Shown: in pieces, positions 40,895 through 55,800 of the stretch
How the letters are laid out: every line of letters starts with the position of its first letter
Position numbering within the stretch: the first letter of the stretch is position 1
Source: Bugula neritina
Lineage: Eukaryota; Animalia; Bryozoa
DNA: 64,000 nt
NCBI GenBank assembly: GCA_964035545.1
Contig: OZ037765.1
Span: forward strand, 14,022,698 to 14,086,697
Direction: 5' to 3'
Translations under genes and position numbers: made by a program
Notes under the pieces: generated by a model
Told to the model about the DNA's origin: nothing
Database searches by the model: none
Seen by the model: only the letters and a program-made list of their open reading frames with translations

Positions 40895-43800
40895 TCAGAG
40901 GTTATCTAGCTTCACAGGCAGCTCTCTGTATTCAGTTGTATCACTAAATCTGTTAGACAAAGTAACTGAAGCATCACTCTTCTTCTTGTAGCTCAGTCCA
41001 TGGCATCCAGTGTTTAGAGACTGCTCTGTGTTCTCACCATCTTTACCTGCTAATACAAAGGTATTGTTTTAAGCACTCAGATGACATTACAACTATGAGC
41101 TATCAAAGATGCAGTTGTATTGAATCATATAGTATGTGTATATACTGCATATTTAAAAAACAATCAGAGCTAAAAATTTGCTAAGCCAAGATATAGTGAA
41201 GTATGCTGTGTCCTTTATGTAAGTTATAACTGAAATGATTTAAATGCCACTTGGGTTAGCTCATACACTTCCATATCCTGCAAACATACATGTTTCAATC
41301 TCAGATGAGTAAGTTGCCTTCACTAACTCATCCTGCACAGCCTCGTCATTTAATACAACTGAACACTCTAACTGAGAGTTTTTCTGAGTATAACATCGAT
41401 CCTTCTCTAGATGTGCTTCAGCAGCTGGAGTGCCACTGTCTAAGGTCTGTTCTGTGCTGTCAATTTTCGCACTGCTATGATGTTCTGAGTTTGTATCTAG
41501 CTTCACATCTTCTAGAAAACAACAAGACTATTATTATATCATCTAGGTCCTAGGAGAACTCATAACAATGTTAAACCAATGTTAAATAACTGGGTACAGT
41601 CAAAACAGTAAGAATAATAAGGAACCATAGCTTGAGTTGATAGCCTATAACAAACACTAGTTGAGCAGACAATGGTGAGCGGCTATAGTATGACTCTGAG
41701 TAGCAGACCATATAACACAGGATGGATTATCTAATGCAAACAGACATGTACCACTCACCAAATGGTTGGGCAGCATACAGTTGAGTTTCTATGGCATGTT
41801 TAGTGGTGATTAGTGGAAGGCCACCATCATTCCTAAAATTTGATTAAAAATAGAAAAAAGGCTAACAAAAAAGTTTTAAAAGTCCAGGGTATAGCATATC
41901 AAGTTGTAAATTTCAACTGATTTTATGTCTGAAAACTTACGAAGACGTAGTATGAGTTCTACTAAGTTTGATAGAATAAGCAGGCTTGTCATCCTTGTTA
42001 ATAACAACATCTACACTATTCTCATCGGCCTGCAACCCACAATCCTTGTGAAAGGTGATGATCATGGTATTAATACAAGCTAAAGATGTTGCACATTTGC
42101 CAAATGAAATAGGAATCGTCATTATATCATACTACATCATTATTAAAATTCATACCCAAATATTTAGCATAATTAAATTTTGTTCAGGTACAAATATAAA
42201 ACAGTTTCTACTAATCACTATGGAAATTTTGTTCATTGAAAGAGAAATTGCCACATGATAAATGATAATGCCAGCCAATTGTGAAACTATAAACAATCGA
42301 AAAAAAAATAAATTGAAACAGCACTAGGTCATTGTCCTAATCATAATAATGCAGATATTTTTTTAATATATTGAACAGCAGTAGCACTAAAGCACTAAAA
42401 CATTTCATTGACATAAGATTGCATCAGCAACACAGGGATGTTTAAATTAAAAGCCTATGCTAATATTTACCAAAGCTGCAAGAAATATATAATTTCATAC
42501 AGTTTGAAAGAACATACCTGTAAAATACAAGTTTGAACAGTTTGATCATCCAAATCAGTTATAACTGTAGGCCTGTTAGGGCTATTCTCACACAGCACCT
42601 TTATTCTAAAAATAGAGAGTAATACATTCAGCTGAAGTGTCCTTCAAATAACTCAGATATGTCTCAAGTTGAAATCAGGTAAAAAAGTTAGAGTGCTTCT
42701 TTGCAAGACATCTTTCAAATTTATGGGGGTGAGCTACTCTTTGAAAAATTCACAGAAGGAAAAAGATATACGAATGTATAATAAATGCATTATTTTACTT
42801 TTTTGCAGCATTCTTTAAACTTCTGAAAATTTAAAGAAATTAAAAAAAAATTGTGCTATAGCTGAAAACCAGTTTATACAATCAATTATAAGCTCATAAA
42901 ATGCATAAATCAGTTTAGAGAATGATTAGAATGTATGTTTAGCCACTAAGAACACACTAGTTTGTTCAATGAGTGAGCAGAACAGCATGTATGCATACAA
43001 TGTCACCAGTAAATACACCAAACCATAATAAAAGAGAACTTTGTTTCTGGTAGGCTCTATTCTTGGACTACCAGATTGGCATCTCTGTTCTTAAATTTTA
43101 ACTTTATTTATATTATCATAATTTAATTGTATTTTGAACAAAGCTGCACCAAAAACTGGATGCACTTCCCACTACCGAAACAGGACAAAGCGAAGATAGA
43201 TAGATCATTTTACTTAATTTAGTACACACTGGAAATCTCCAGTTTTTGGCTATTTTTCACAATTTAGCTGCTAATGAACATGGTTTTTTGCCCAAAGCTA
43301 GTAAAATATCAATAAATACACCTAAATAATTTTGGTTCTTCTTAATTTTGCTTCATTTTCCATGTTTTTCCTATTTATTTAGCTACTTCGGATTGCGGAC
43401 TGTTATGGCAATTTCGTAACAGTCCGCAATCCAAATTAGCTAAATAAATAGGAAAAAAAATGGGAAATTAAGCAAGATTAAAAAAAACCTTGATTATTTA
43501 AGTCTATTAACTGATATTTTACTAGTTTTGGGCAAAAGCCCATGCTCATTAGCAGCTAAACTTTAAAAGATAGCTAAAAACTGGAGACTATCAGTGTGTA
43601 CTAAATTAAGTAAAAAGACCCTGTGAGAAAAACCTGGATGCACTTGGAATTTGTATTTAGCTTGATTTGACTACATGATGTGATTAAACACTCCCCCCCC
43701 CCCTTGAGTTCAATGCTGATGCTACATATATTTATAATCCTAATTAATGAAACTGAATAATAAGAATTGTAATCCTGTATAAAAGAACCATTTTATTTTA

Positions 43801-46800
43801 TATGAAAGGAAGAGGATGAGTAATATGTGTTATTACAGCGAATTTTGATTGCAACATCTTTGAAATTATCTATTCTTAGAAGTTAGGTATGAATGGAGCA
43901 CCACTAATAAATTATAGTTGTTTTCGATGAAAATTTATGCTAATGTCATATATTACATGAATACAACCAGGTTGTTACATTGGAAGATGGCATAATAAAT
44001 TTAAATCATTAACATAAGTATGCATTAGATAGAAAGAAAGCACTCATTACATTATGCCTTGGCATGATGGGAAGAGTTGTATTAGAAGATATCTTCTAAG
44101 TTTGTCATGCCAAAATTATGCTTTGTATCACAAAAACCATGTTACCTAAAATAATAATGATATTAACCAAAGTAACAGCAGCTAGGTTGAACTTGAATCT
44201 CACAGTAAATAGAAATCTTACTGTTGACTAGATTGACCAGATGAAGAAGTGGATGAGTGGAGGCTGAGGTTATACTTGAAGGAGATAGTCCTAAGCACAT
44301 TCTCCTTGTTTACTATCTCTTTGTTATCAGGCAGAAAAGCTGAAAAGATATTTAAATAGTATAGAAAATTATATGCAACACCGACACCTGTTACTGGCTG
44401 TAACCATTAATTGAAACATACAATATCGCAAGGAAAAAGTGAATTGACATCAAGTGTCAACTAACATCACACCATCCTCAATAATTTTAGTTGTGCCTCT
44501 CAAAAGGACTACTGAAGAATGTAGGTTTATGCTCATGATCCACACTTACTTGTAAGTTGTCTAAAACAAATTATTTCAAGCTGCTATAGTTCAGCTGCAA
44601 ACACTACCAAGAAACTGCAAGTTTACCAGACAGAGCAAAATGATTTGCCCTGGTGCAATTTCATGACAAAAAATATATTGTCACAAAAAGTTATCGTAAT
44701 AGAAAAGGCATCAAGACTAAGACTTATAAAAATGTTTTCTCCCTGGCAAAGTTTGTGTAATCAGTAGAAATAGAAATATGCTTTACATGGCACCTATTAA
44801 TTGAGAATAAAATTTAGTTCAAATGAAATTATAAAGAAATGTACTTATTTGCTCATAAATATGGAACTTCCAAACTATAAGTAAGCCAACCAGAGTAGGC
44901 TATGCCAGTTTTATACATGGAACATTTACTGTGTTTCAAATGGCACAGGTTTTGTTGCAAAAAAAGACACTATTACATATATTGTAGGGGCGAAATAACA
45001 AACTATAAAAGAGATTCTGAAATAACATTATTTTATTCACAGTTGAATTTTTAATTCACTTTACTAACCACCATAAGATTTTTTAACAATCATCTTAGAT
45101 GTGTTACCATGAGTGTTGAATTGGTAGTCCTTTTCACCATCGGAGTGAGAAGAACCACCTGGCGGGTTGCTAGAGCTCTGCAAGAAGTTCAAATCAGCGA
45201 TTTCATTATTATTCTCATCTAGAGCGGCCAGGTCACATGCATCTACTGTGGTTGTGTGCTGATCGAGAATGTCCGCTGCAGCATCAGTAGAACCAATGCA
45301 GCTGTTATCTCCGTATTTGTCGTAATGTGGAGCACAAACAACATTGTTATTGACATCAGTACCATAGAAATCTTCAACTGAATTGCTGATGATGGAGTTT
45401 GCATCATCTGTTGAGTGACAGTCACTATGTGTGGAGGATGCACTGTCAGAAAACTGCACCACTAAAACAAGGGAACTCTGTACAGGCTAATTGAATACCA
45501 TTCAAGCATGAAGTAAATCTCTACATCTGCATTAAAGCATGTAGCACTAAGTATTAGCTATTATTTTTATAATCAAGTATTGAGTTTTTAAAGAAAAAAA
45601 TATTATTAAAATATGCTTTATTGCTTTTAATTTACATGCATTGCTTAAAATCGTATAATATAACAAGAATCAATATAAAGACAATACAATAATAAACATA
45701 ATGCTTTTTTAAAAAAAAGATAGAAATACCTGGAGAACAACTATCTTTATCATCCTGCTGCAAATAGGAGACAAGTGGCGTTATGAGACTGAACTCTGAG
45801 ATGCTATCCTCGTCAACAGCAGATGTCACGTGAGAAGAGCAGGAGCTGCCAAGTAAATATGTCACATACATACAGTTTGTCCATAATACAAGTAATTTTG
45901 AAACAGATAGCTACTTGCAACTCGTACTATAACATATGTTACTAGAAGATACCTTAACAATGGAGGCAGAACTGGCTCCTCAACGTATAAAAGATTCCTA
46001 CATGGCAAGGTAGCTAAATCAGTGGTTGGACTCTCTGGCTCAATTTGGTCATGAGAGGAGGTATTCTTCAACATCACTGATGTAGTGGTGGGTTTATCTT
46101 CACCTGGGCCCTAAAATTATTATTAACAAAGCTTATGTAACTTTTTGCTACTTTATACCTAAATAATGCATGATTTTATGACATCAGAGCAAGTTTTTAC
46201 ACTAAAATTTAGTAAATAGAACAAGTTCTTGTTACCAAGTTTTCAAGGCTCAAATCCAATTTTTCCTCCACCTTTGGTACTAGAGTGTGATGCTGCCTAT
46301 TCACTGATGTGTCAGCTTCCAAAGCTGCTGGAGCATCCTTTATCAATGAAGTGGCAACTAATGCAGCTGAGGAATTATCTGCCGTTGATGTCACATATGA
46401 AGAGCCATTGAATGTTTCCGGGGGTTTAGAAACTACCAGGGGTGTTTTAGAAGCTGTCAGGGGTGGTTTTTGTGATACCTTAACTTGTTGGCCCAGAGAT
46501 GATGTGTCGCAGTGACTCATGGATGATAGGTTATTATCGTAGACTGTATTATAAAAAATATAAAAGGGCATATTCTAAAAATCTATAATGCAAAATCTCA
46601 AAATTGAAGCCATAAAATTAAAAACAGCTATTCTGATCAAAACTGGTTTTTTAAAAGTGAAAGTTATTTTGATAATTTACTGCATCAACCTCATGAATAG
46701 ATAGACTATTGACTTTTCAACTTGAGCTATTTCAAAAATACTTGTTTCATAGTAGGTTTGCTTTAAAGTAATAACATAAGCTTCAAAAACAAAGTAAAAT

Positions 46801-49800
46801 AATTTTTTCAAATAATAAGCAGCAAATTTAAAGATACTGCTGACTAAAATGAATGCTGTAAGTTTCTGGTAGATTAAAACAGTAATAATACCAAAACAAT
46901 ACACAAAACACAAGTTCAAGTGTTTTTACTGTTGGCAAACATATTACAGCAAAACAGCTAGATCTAGCACATTCATAGTGACCATGGACTTTCTATTATA
47001 ATTATAACTCAGCAAGGCTTATTATTTTTGAGTAAGTTATACTTGATTGTTTTGCTATTACAAAAAACAATTGATTTTTGAGAACTTCAAAATAATTTGA
47101 GGAAAGTTAGGAAGAGGGAGAAGCTAAGGACTAATTTGATTATCAAAAATATATTCTAAATGCATGAACAGTTCAGTTAGAAAATGACGATTTGCTCTTG
47201 AACATGTCAAAACAGGTTGTAGAAACTACAATTAAAAGCATATTTATAGTTATTTAGCTGAAAGTCTATTTTTATATTCTTATTGCATTTGAATGTTGTG
47301 AGCATAAAATAATACCATTTGAATGGAAAACCTAAATTGATAACCCTGTTAATTTCACTTTAATGTAAAACGCAAAAGTTGCATTTTATCTTATTAGGTA
47401 GCGTTTCTGCAGTGCTGTTAGATAAAAAAAAAATCGCTTTTAAAAAACTAGCAATAATTTGAGCTCAACTCATATTCGATATTTAAGAAAAACAAAAAAT
47501 TATTGCAAGACTTGGCAATATTTTTCTAATGACAAATTGATTATTGTTAAAATTGCATAATTGCAACATTTGCAGAAATAATGAGCTTTCTGAACACAAA
47601 AGCTTTACCTGGAACATCCAGAAGAGGTGGTGGAGTGACCCTGCGTCCAATATAGGAATCCACAGATCTCAACACTTCAGTTCTATCACTGCTAATTTTC
47701 TCTATTGATTTGCTGGTAGACATATAAGCATTGGTAACCTAAGTATAAATAGTGACAAGAGCAGCTGTAGACAACACAATAATGGATACTTTACCCATCT
47801 CAACACTTAACCCATAATTTACACAGTAAAACTCAAATAACCAGATTGTAGTAGCATTCCATTAAATATGAAATATTTCATGCGGTTCCACACAGTTTAT
47901 CACTCTACTTGCATTTTTTCTTGCCAATTTATTACTTCATTCCATTAACTGTTAATATCAACAGGGTGACATTGACAAACGCTAAATACACGAAATATAA
48001 AAAAACAGGCTGATTATTTCACACACGCACGCACAAGTACATTCACCACATCTACAAATCTTTTCAAATTAAAATAGAAACAGTTAACAGCTGTTGATTG
48101 CATTACTTGTTATTTTACATTATTTGTTCTATTCACATAATCCATCATTACTCGAAGAGGTTAATACAAAATTATTTATTAAAATATTTCACATGTTTAT
48201 TAAATTCCAAGTCAATGTTCCCTAAAATAGTTAGCCAACCACCTTTTCTATGTAATCTCCTGCATCAAGTCCTTACAATCACGGGCTTTCCATGTACCGA
48301 TCTCAGATCGATCTCGCTGAGATCGATCTGAGAAATGTGCTCAGATCGATCGTTTTTCCATGAGAGTGTCAGATCGATCTCGCGAAGTTGCCTCCTCTTA
48401 AGTGAAGGATACTTTAAAAGTGTAATTTGTTCACCTATTTGAGTGATAAAAGCTACTACTGTTGAAAACAAGATGGTCGTAGTCTAAAATTTAATCCCGG
48501 CTATAAACTATACGCAGCAAAGCTTTCAGTGTATGGTAATTTGGCCAATTCAAAATAATTAATTTTAATTGTTTAGCTTGACAGCTTATATAAAATTATT
48601 GGCTGTCTTGCAGATTATTAATAAACTTACAGGAATGTTAGGCTTAAAATTATAAAGAAAATAGCTAATGAAACTAAGTTTTAATAGTCATTTAAATTCA
48701 ATTTAAATTCTCCATTTTTTTTTACTTTCTACTGCATATAATTGAGTTTTCTTAATCATTGTACTGAAAGTCAAAGTTTTGGCATCTGAAAAGGTGGCCA
48801 TCATAATTATTTAATACTTTGTTTAGTAATTATCAATAAGTTATCATTTTTATTAGCAGACAACATTGTAGCGCGCGCAGTCTTTTTCTTCTTCTCAGAT
48901 CGATCTGGCGTCTTTCCATGGTCTTATTGACATGAGATCGATCTGAGTTCGAGCTCCACAGACCGACCAGCTGAGATCGACGGAGATCGATCTTTGGCGT
49001 CTTTCCATGGATCGATCTCAGCGAGATCGATCTGAGATCGGTTCATGGAAAGCCAGTGAATAACTATGTATACTCACAACTGCAAGATTCTTAGTGCTGT
49101 GGAAAGGTCGTTTGTATTTGTCCTTCATGAATATATCTGTCCTGTTGACAACTGGAGGGGGATCAGCAGGTGAGCTGGCTGCTTTAGTTCGGCAGTCATA
49201 GACTGCCTGTCTTGCCCTCACTGGTACAACTGAGCATTGTAGAGAAGGCTTGGGATCAGCAACCAGTTCAGAAATGAAAACTGGACAATCTTTTGGCAAA
49301 TCCATACATGAAACTTGAGAGGATTGTTTATTCCAAGCTTGTTGTTTCACTTCATGCTAACGATTAAAATAAACATTATATGAATGTAAAACTGTCAACG
49401 GAATAACAAATAGAACTGTTACTAAAACAAAGTTACAATTTTAGAGACAGAAAAACTTGCCTGGGAAACAATAGACTGAAAAGTTGAGATCATTTGGTGA
49501 ATGTCTTTTGGGGGACTAGATTCTTGTTGGTAAGATTCATTCTCAAACTTGTCGGTGAACTTAGAAGAGCTATGGGGCTGAGTCTTAATTATAGCTGAAT
49601 TGGCCATTGTGGACATCATACTGGTAGAACTAGCTGGTGGTTTGGCCACACAGACAGAACAGTTATAAGAAGTGGCCAATGAAGATTCAGTAATATCTGG
49701 CAGTGAAGCTGGTGCAACAGCACATGTAGAGGTCAAGCCCAATGTAGATGGTGGTGTAGAGGTTGTGCATGCTGCCTCAACATTTTTCTCAATTTGAGCT

Positions 49801-52800
49801 GCCAGGGACTTGACATTGACAGGGCATACTTCCTAAATGCAAAAACATATTCAATATTTATGATAGAAAAATATCAATATTTCATTAAAGATACATTTTT
49901 GCATGTGCGAACTAAAGCAGAACTATACTGATTTTGTTGGCTGTTCAAAATTGTAAATATGTGACCAATATATAAAAATTTACTTCATTCATTCCCTTTG
50001 ACTACAAAACTTTAGGATAGGAATGAAACCTAAAATACAATATACATACTATATCAATAAAGATAATTTACAATAATACAAAGTGAATACAATACATACT
50101 GGATCCTTTGGTTGAGTTAAGGACGCGGTTATAGAAGACTGATGAGTAGCAATGTGATTACTTTCTAGCTTTGAAAAAGTGGGGAGATAATCTGGCTTGG
50201 GATTTAAAAGTTGATATGGCTCTAGGCATGCCCTGGAAATAGTAACATTTAATACATAATATGTCCAAAAAGAGCATACATTGAAAAACATAAAACCAGA
50301 CATTCTTATTTAAAATCTGCATAGTAAACATAGGTAGTTATTGTTATTGGCCTGTGGTAGCAATTTGCTTTCTAGCATAAAGTACCTGGGAGAACAGGGC
50401 ATATCAGTAATGGAGCAAGTACTGTCTATATCTTTCAGATAGCCAGAAGGTTTGCTTGAAGCTTTTATGACCTGTGACTGTTCAACCTGAATTTTTCTAA
50501 ATCATAATCATAACTTAGTACGAACACATGAAAAACACATAATATTTGAGCAAACTGAATGCTGAAGCATATAACGTACATCACAAATTATATGCAACTT
50601 TTTGGAATATTGTTTTAAGAATTTCAATATAAGTTAAACAGAAAATCTATGCGTCATAAAAAATGTATCAAAATATTGTCACAGTAGAAACATGCATTTT
50701 GCAAGACACACTGTGGTATTGGCGACATGACGCTTGAAAAATATCAATTCGAAAAGACAGCTTAAAAACAAATACTTGGCAAACAGCCATAAAAATGTCA
50801 TCATAAAAATTCCCCATTTAAAAATGGGCAACTTCAAAAATAGAAAATCTGCAGAGGACCACATGGAAAATTTTCATTTTTTGTCATCAGACTATATGAT
50901 TTTAATTAGGTGTGTATTATTATAATTAACTTAATCTATATAAACTAGTCACTTAGTTTGATGTTAATGCCTTCGTCTGGCTAATCATCACTGCAAGCTA
51001 TGCACTCTGTAGTGGCTCTTAACAGGGAGGAGACAACCCCAATATTACATTGCATTTGTTTGAACATAGCATTTTCACTCCTAAATGGTTATTGATAGCT
51101 AGAATGCACCAGCTACATTACTGTATATTACTGAAAGTGATTGCTGGTTCTTGCTAATTTCAATATAATTTAAGATGTTTTATTAAAATTTATGCATCAA
51201 CATTTAATGGGTGAAGACTAAGGAAAAGCCATTTTAAACATTTTGAGCCTAATGCGTCACGAAAAATTGGCAACGTTCCAATTGCAAAATTTCTATTTTT
51301 AGAAAGGCCTATCTTTGAATTGATATTTGAAAATAATTCTATAACTACAAATTTATAAACATCAAGAAATCAATTTAAAACAAGCTTAGCTTACTTTAAA
51401 GCTTCGCATATGAACTTAAATATTTACTATAAGACAAATACCTCAAAGGTTGAAAACTCTCAAGTCTTCCTACAAAAGGTCTTGAGGTCATTTTAGACTG
51501 ATTGACATTTACTCCACCAACAACTGAATCTGACTTTTGATCCCAATCACCATCTGTATTCTCATCAGCTGATTGTGCCTCAATTTCGATGGTTTTACCC
51601 TCAAATATGGGACTAGAGGAAGGAGGCTGGGTGAGGTTCTCAACTGGCTCAGAGACTGCTGCTTCACTGAGCAGAAAACGGTGAACATTTTATGAAAAGA
51701 AGTTATATTGACAAGATAACCTGCACAACAGAAATTTTACAATTAAAATGCATTTCTTCCACTAGACAAGAATATCTATTGTAAATTACCCCAGTGCAGC
51801 TGAATCTTTGGATACTGTCTGCATATCTATGAAATGAAATAAAAAACATTTATTGTGTTATAACATGCATTTTCTCTTACTATAAAAATAGCATAGTGCT
51901 AAAACAATTTTACACCATTTAATTGCACAAAAAATTGTTGGCCTGGTTGTAAAATGAAAGTTGCATAAATTCTCAATCCATGGCAGTTTACATCTGCAGC
52001 TTACCAAGTTGACTAACAGAGGAAGCTTTGATGGGTTTAGTGGGCGCAGGTATTTTATTACACTGATTCATATCTGAGCATTCATTTACATGGTCATCTA
52101 AACGGTGAAACATACTTGTCAACTCCTTATTAAGAACCTTGTGTAGCCTGTAAAGAGTGTATATATTCACTATACCCTGAGCATCAGAAATTATATACTC
52201 TGAAGCTATAGAGCTTGGCAATACCATAATCAATTTTATCTATATTGAAAATTTAGTAAGACCAGGTAATGGTCAAAATACATGTTGGAGTGTGATATGC
52301 AATGTGCCTGTCAATACAAGACTATGAGTTATACAATGCTTGCAACCTCTACCATGTTGAAAGCATGGTGAGAGGAAAATTCCTACAGTTTGCTTTAAAA
52401 AGCCCTTACCAGCACAGGTTCTCACATGGATGAGAATAAAAACAATTGAAATAAATTATAGTTCTATTGACTATTTTTAATAGGTAACAGAAATCCTTCA
52501 ATTACACAGCTATGCCTGAACATTGAATTTCAGAAATTGAACGTTGATATTCCAGGAATGTAATATTTTTGAATAACACTGATAAACATCTCTCATTATT
52601 TAACTAAGACACTTATTGAGTCAGAATTTCACCACAGAAATATGAGTAAAATATTTTGTGACAAAAAGCATCAGGAAGCCATCACCCGGTCAGGAAATGG
52701 CGGAGAAAGATAAGAAAAAGCTTCAGGAATGCTAGCATATAGCTAGTTCACTGATTCTTCATTGATAAATCATTTTTTAAGCAATGAATTTTCAAACATA

Positions 52801-55800
52801 CAAAACTTAATAGTTGAAATTCATATTACATTCTCCCTTAATAACCAATAGCAACAAATTGTACAACCTTCTTAATTTTTATTTTTTCATCTTTTATTCA
52901 AAGAGTTTTTTATGAATAAAAATTAGCAATTAATACATTGTTTTATTCATTGTTATTAACCATACAAATACTGTAAGCAATGAAGCTATACATTTTTTGA
53001 GTAGAGTTTTTATATGTGCCAGAACCTGAAGAGTTGAAAGTGTTCTGTCCCTTTCAATATTATTAACAAACTGAAGATTTGTTGACTCAATCAAAATATA
53101 CATGTATGTGCATTGGAAAAACAAACGCTATAATATTGATATAAAAAGGAAAAGGCTGCTCTTGAACAAATCACCCAAGATTGAATAATAAACTAATGGA
53201 TACATCAAATTTATAGACATTTTTATCTTCTTAAATTTAAATTTATATTTTTACAACCATTGGTCTCAAATTTTTCAGCAATACAAAACTATTGGGTAGC
53301 TAACACTTTTAAGGTGTTGCTAGGTAATTCAAACTACAAGTAACACTGTAAATGTGAGAGTTGCCAGAGAAAGTTAGCCAGATTTTATTGGTCAGCAAAT
53401 CTCCAACAAAACTTATTGACCAATGACCATCGCAAGTGCTACCCTGAAAACACATCTTTCTAATAGTTTTTGAGCAAAAAAAGATGACAAATAATCCTGC
53501 AATTTAGAATCAAACAGTATTAAGACAGTTTTAGATTGCAGTGAAGAAAACCAAAAATTTAATGCAATCATAATTCAAAGCATGCAGATAAAACATTATA
53601 ATCCAAACCTGAGTTGTTGGGGGCAAATCACTTCTTCGTCATCCAAATCTACAGGATTTAAGCTATTAGCTGCTGCAACATGCTCCTTCACTTTAGCACA
53701 GTACAATTTCAACTCTTCATGGAGAGGAGCTTTAGCAGCGAAACACTTCTGGAGCTGAAAGTTATAGCATTTTATTTCGATAGCGCAATTAGAATATTTA
53801 TACAAACACATATGACAATTGATAATCAATATTGTAGTAGTTTTGTGGGTGATAGAATGAAATCAGGCAGAGAACATAACTCCTTGTTATAGAAGAGACA
53901 AGAGAGAGAGGTTGCCGTGTGCTTGCAGTACTTTATTGTAGCAGTGAGAAGTATCCAGTGTGAGCTCCAGTCCGCAAGTGACTGAAGCTCTAAAATGCGT
54001 GTCCTTTTATACTGGTAGAACAAAGGACCTCTAGAACCTTCCACCGACAGCGGGCCGATGTTCGGCAGGGGATACCGACATTCGTCATGTCGGTAACCGA
54101 CACTGGAAATATCGGTAACCGACATTTGGTCTGCCTGCATCAACCTGCCGAAATCGGTCCAACTGTCGGTTTACATGAATCAACAAAAATGAACCCAACC
54201 AAGTGTATGCGTATTGTAACTTGTAATTGGGGGAAAGGGGATTAACTATTTACTATGTTAAAAGCTCAACATTAGCCATAGTGTTTAAGGTATTAGAAAG
54301 TTACGCTACATAATTAGCTATGATTACAGTATTTAGAAAAATAGCCATAAGTAAAGTGTCAAGGGGGATAACTCTTAATATTTACCACAATATCTAATGT
54401 ACTTATAAAAAACATTCATACTTTATTGCGATTAGACTTTCTACGACAGCGAGAAGTCACTGGTGTGGAGCTATGTCTGCCTTCAGAGTTATGGACAGCT
54501 GGAGTTGAATGACTGGAAGACAGTTTAGTATGAACATCAAAGAAAGATAAAGTTGAGGAGTGCTTCTTTCTGCTGGGAGGCCTGGGGGTTATTGACTCTT
54601 TCCTAATACCAAGCAAATCATATCTACTTTATGCTGCACCTATATACCGTAAACTTAAACTTGATATAAATAAATTCTATATTTATTAAGTAGATAAAAA
54701 AGCTTTTGGTGATTTAGATGACTTTATAGTACTTGACCAGAGTTAGAACAGATAATGTTGAAAGCTTTCCATTTCACCTAAAATTTCAACATCCAAATGG
54801 TAGCCTGTAACTTCAATTTCAAATAAAAGACACCACACATATAATCTAGCTAGAGAAATGACTATTTACGCCAAGGATTTATCCTTCCTTGGAATATCAG
54901 GCTTTTGAATTAATAGGAAAAGGGTTCAACTAAGTTAGTGTTCAATTTTCCAAACATCAGATCAAAAGAAATACTCTAGGTAGTACTCAGTTGCTTTGGC
55001 AAAGTTAGCTATATATACCTTAGTTTGTCTGTAATAATTAGTACCGGTATACCTTAAAACTGAAGATAGAACTTCGGTCTCGCTGGTTGGGACTTTCCTT
55101 CTACTTCTAGAACTCCCAGCACTTTCAGCACTAAACGATGGCCAGTAACCAAACAGCCCAAAATGATCATAAAGGTTTTCTGAGCAATGATTGTTAATCT
55201 GTGTCGCAGGAGACGCTTTCTTGTCAGACTTCCTTTGACTCTGCAACCATCACGAGTCACAGAATAGTAGTGTGCGTTTATAGAGCTACTGTTCCATAGA
55301 CACTTTAATAGTAGAAGTCAATGCATAGAAGTAAAAGATGAAATTTGTTTCAAAAACCACTTTTGTTACGCAACATACACCAAAGACTTCAACTTAAGAG
55401 ATAAACAGTGCATATGACGAACCCTTGGCATTAATGAAAGAACGTCTCTGATTTGCTCCAAGTTCATTTTGCGATTGTTAGCGTTTGGCTGAAGCCCATA
55501 GGTCAAAACATCAACAAACTTAGTTGGAACACGAGAATCATTCACTTTGAGCATTTTTTGATTACAAACTTGTCTTTCGATTTGCTCCGCATCATGGCCA
55601 GCCCAAGGTATGAATCCTAAAATGACGATCAAATACTAGAGTGGTAGCTTAGCAACAAGTAATAGACAACTAGTATTATGTATATAATTAGTTTACCAAC
55701 CAGTAAACATTTCCCACATGACTGTACAGAAACCATAGATGTCTGATTTTTCTGTTGAGAGTTCTCCCTTCATGATCTCAGGTGGCATCCAGTTATAAGC

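Noticed and set aside
38206-41046. TEX14-LRRC74 fusion
   Set aside because: The TEX14 frame stops at 40895; the 38206-38928 exons have their own ATG and the LRRC74-type DTDLE motif.
50590-51350. Patchy inverted similarity suggesting an old TIR element
   Set aside because: Too degraded to define ends or a TSD.
54009-54029. GPLFYQY as a TEX14 GPPX3Y-like motif
   Set aside because: It lies in an ORF that runs through a MITE. The flanking exons (~54422 donor, ~53755 acceptor) join in phase 0 without it.
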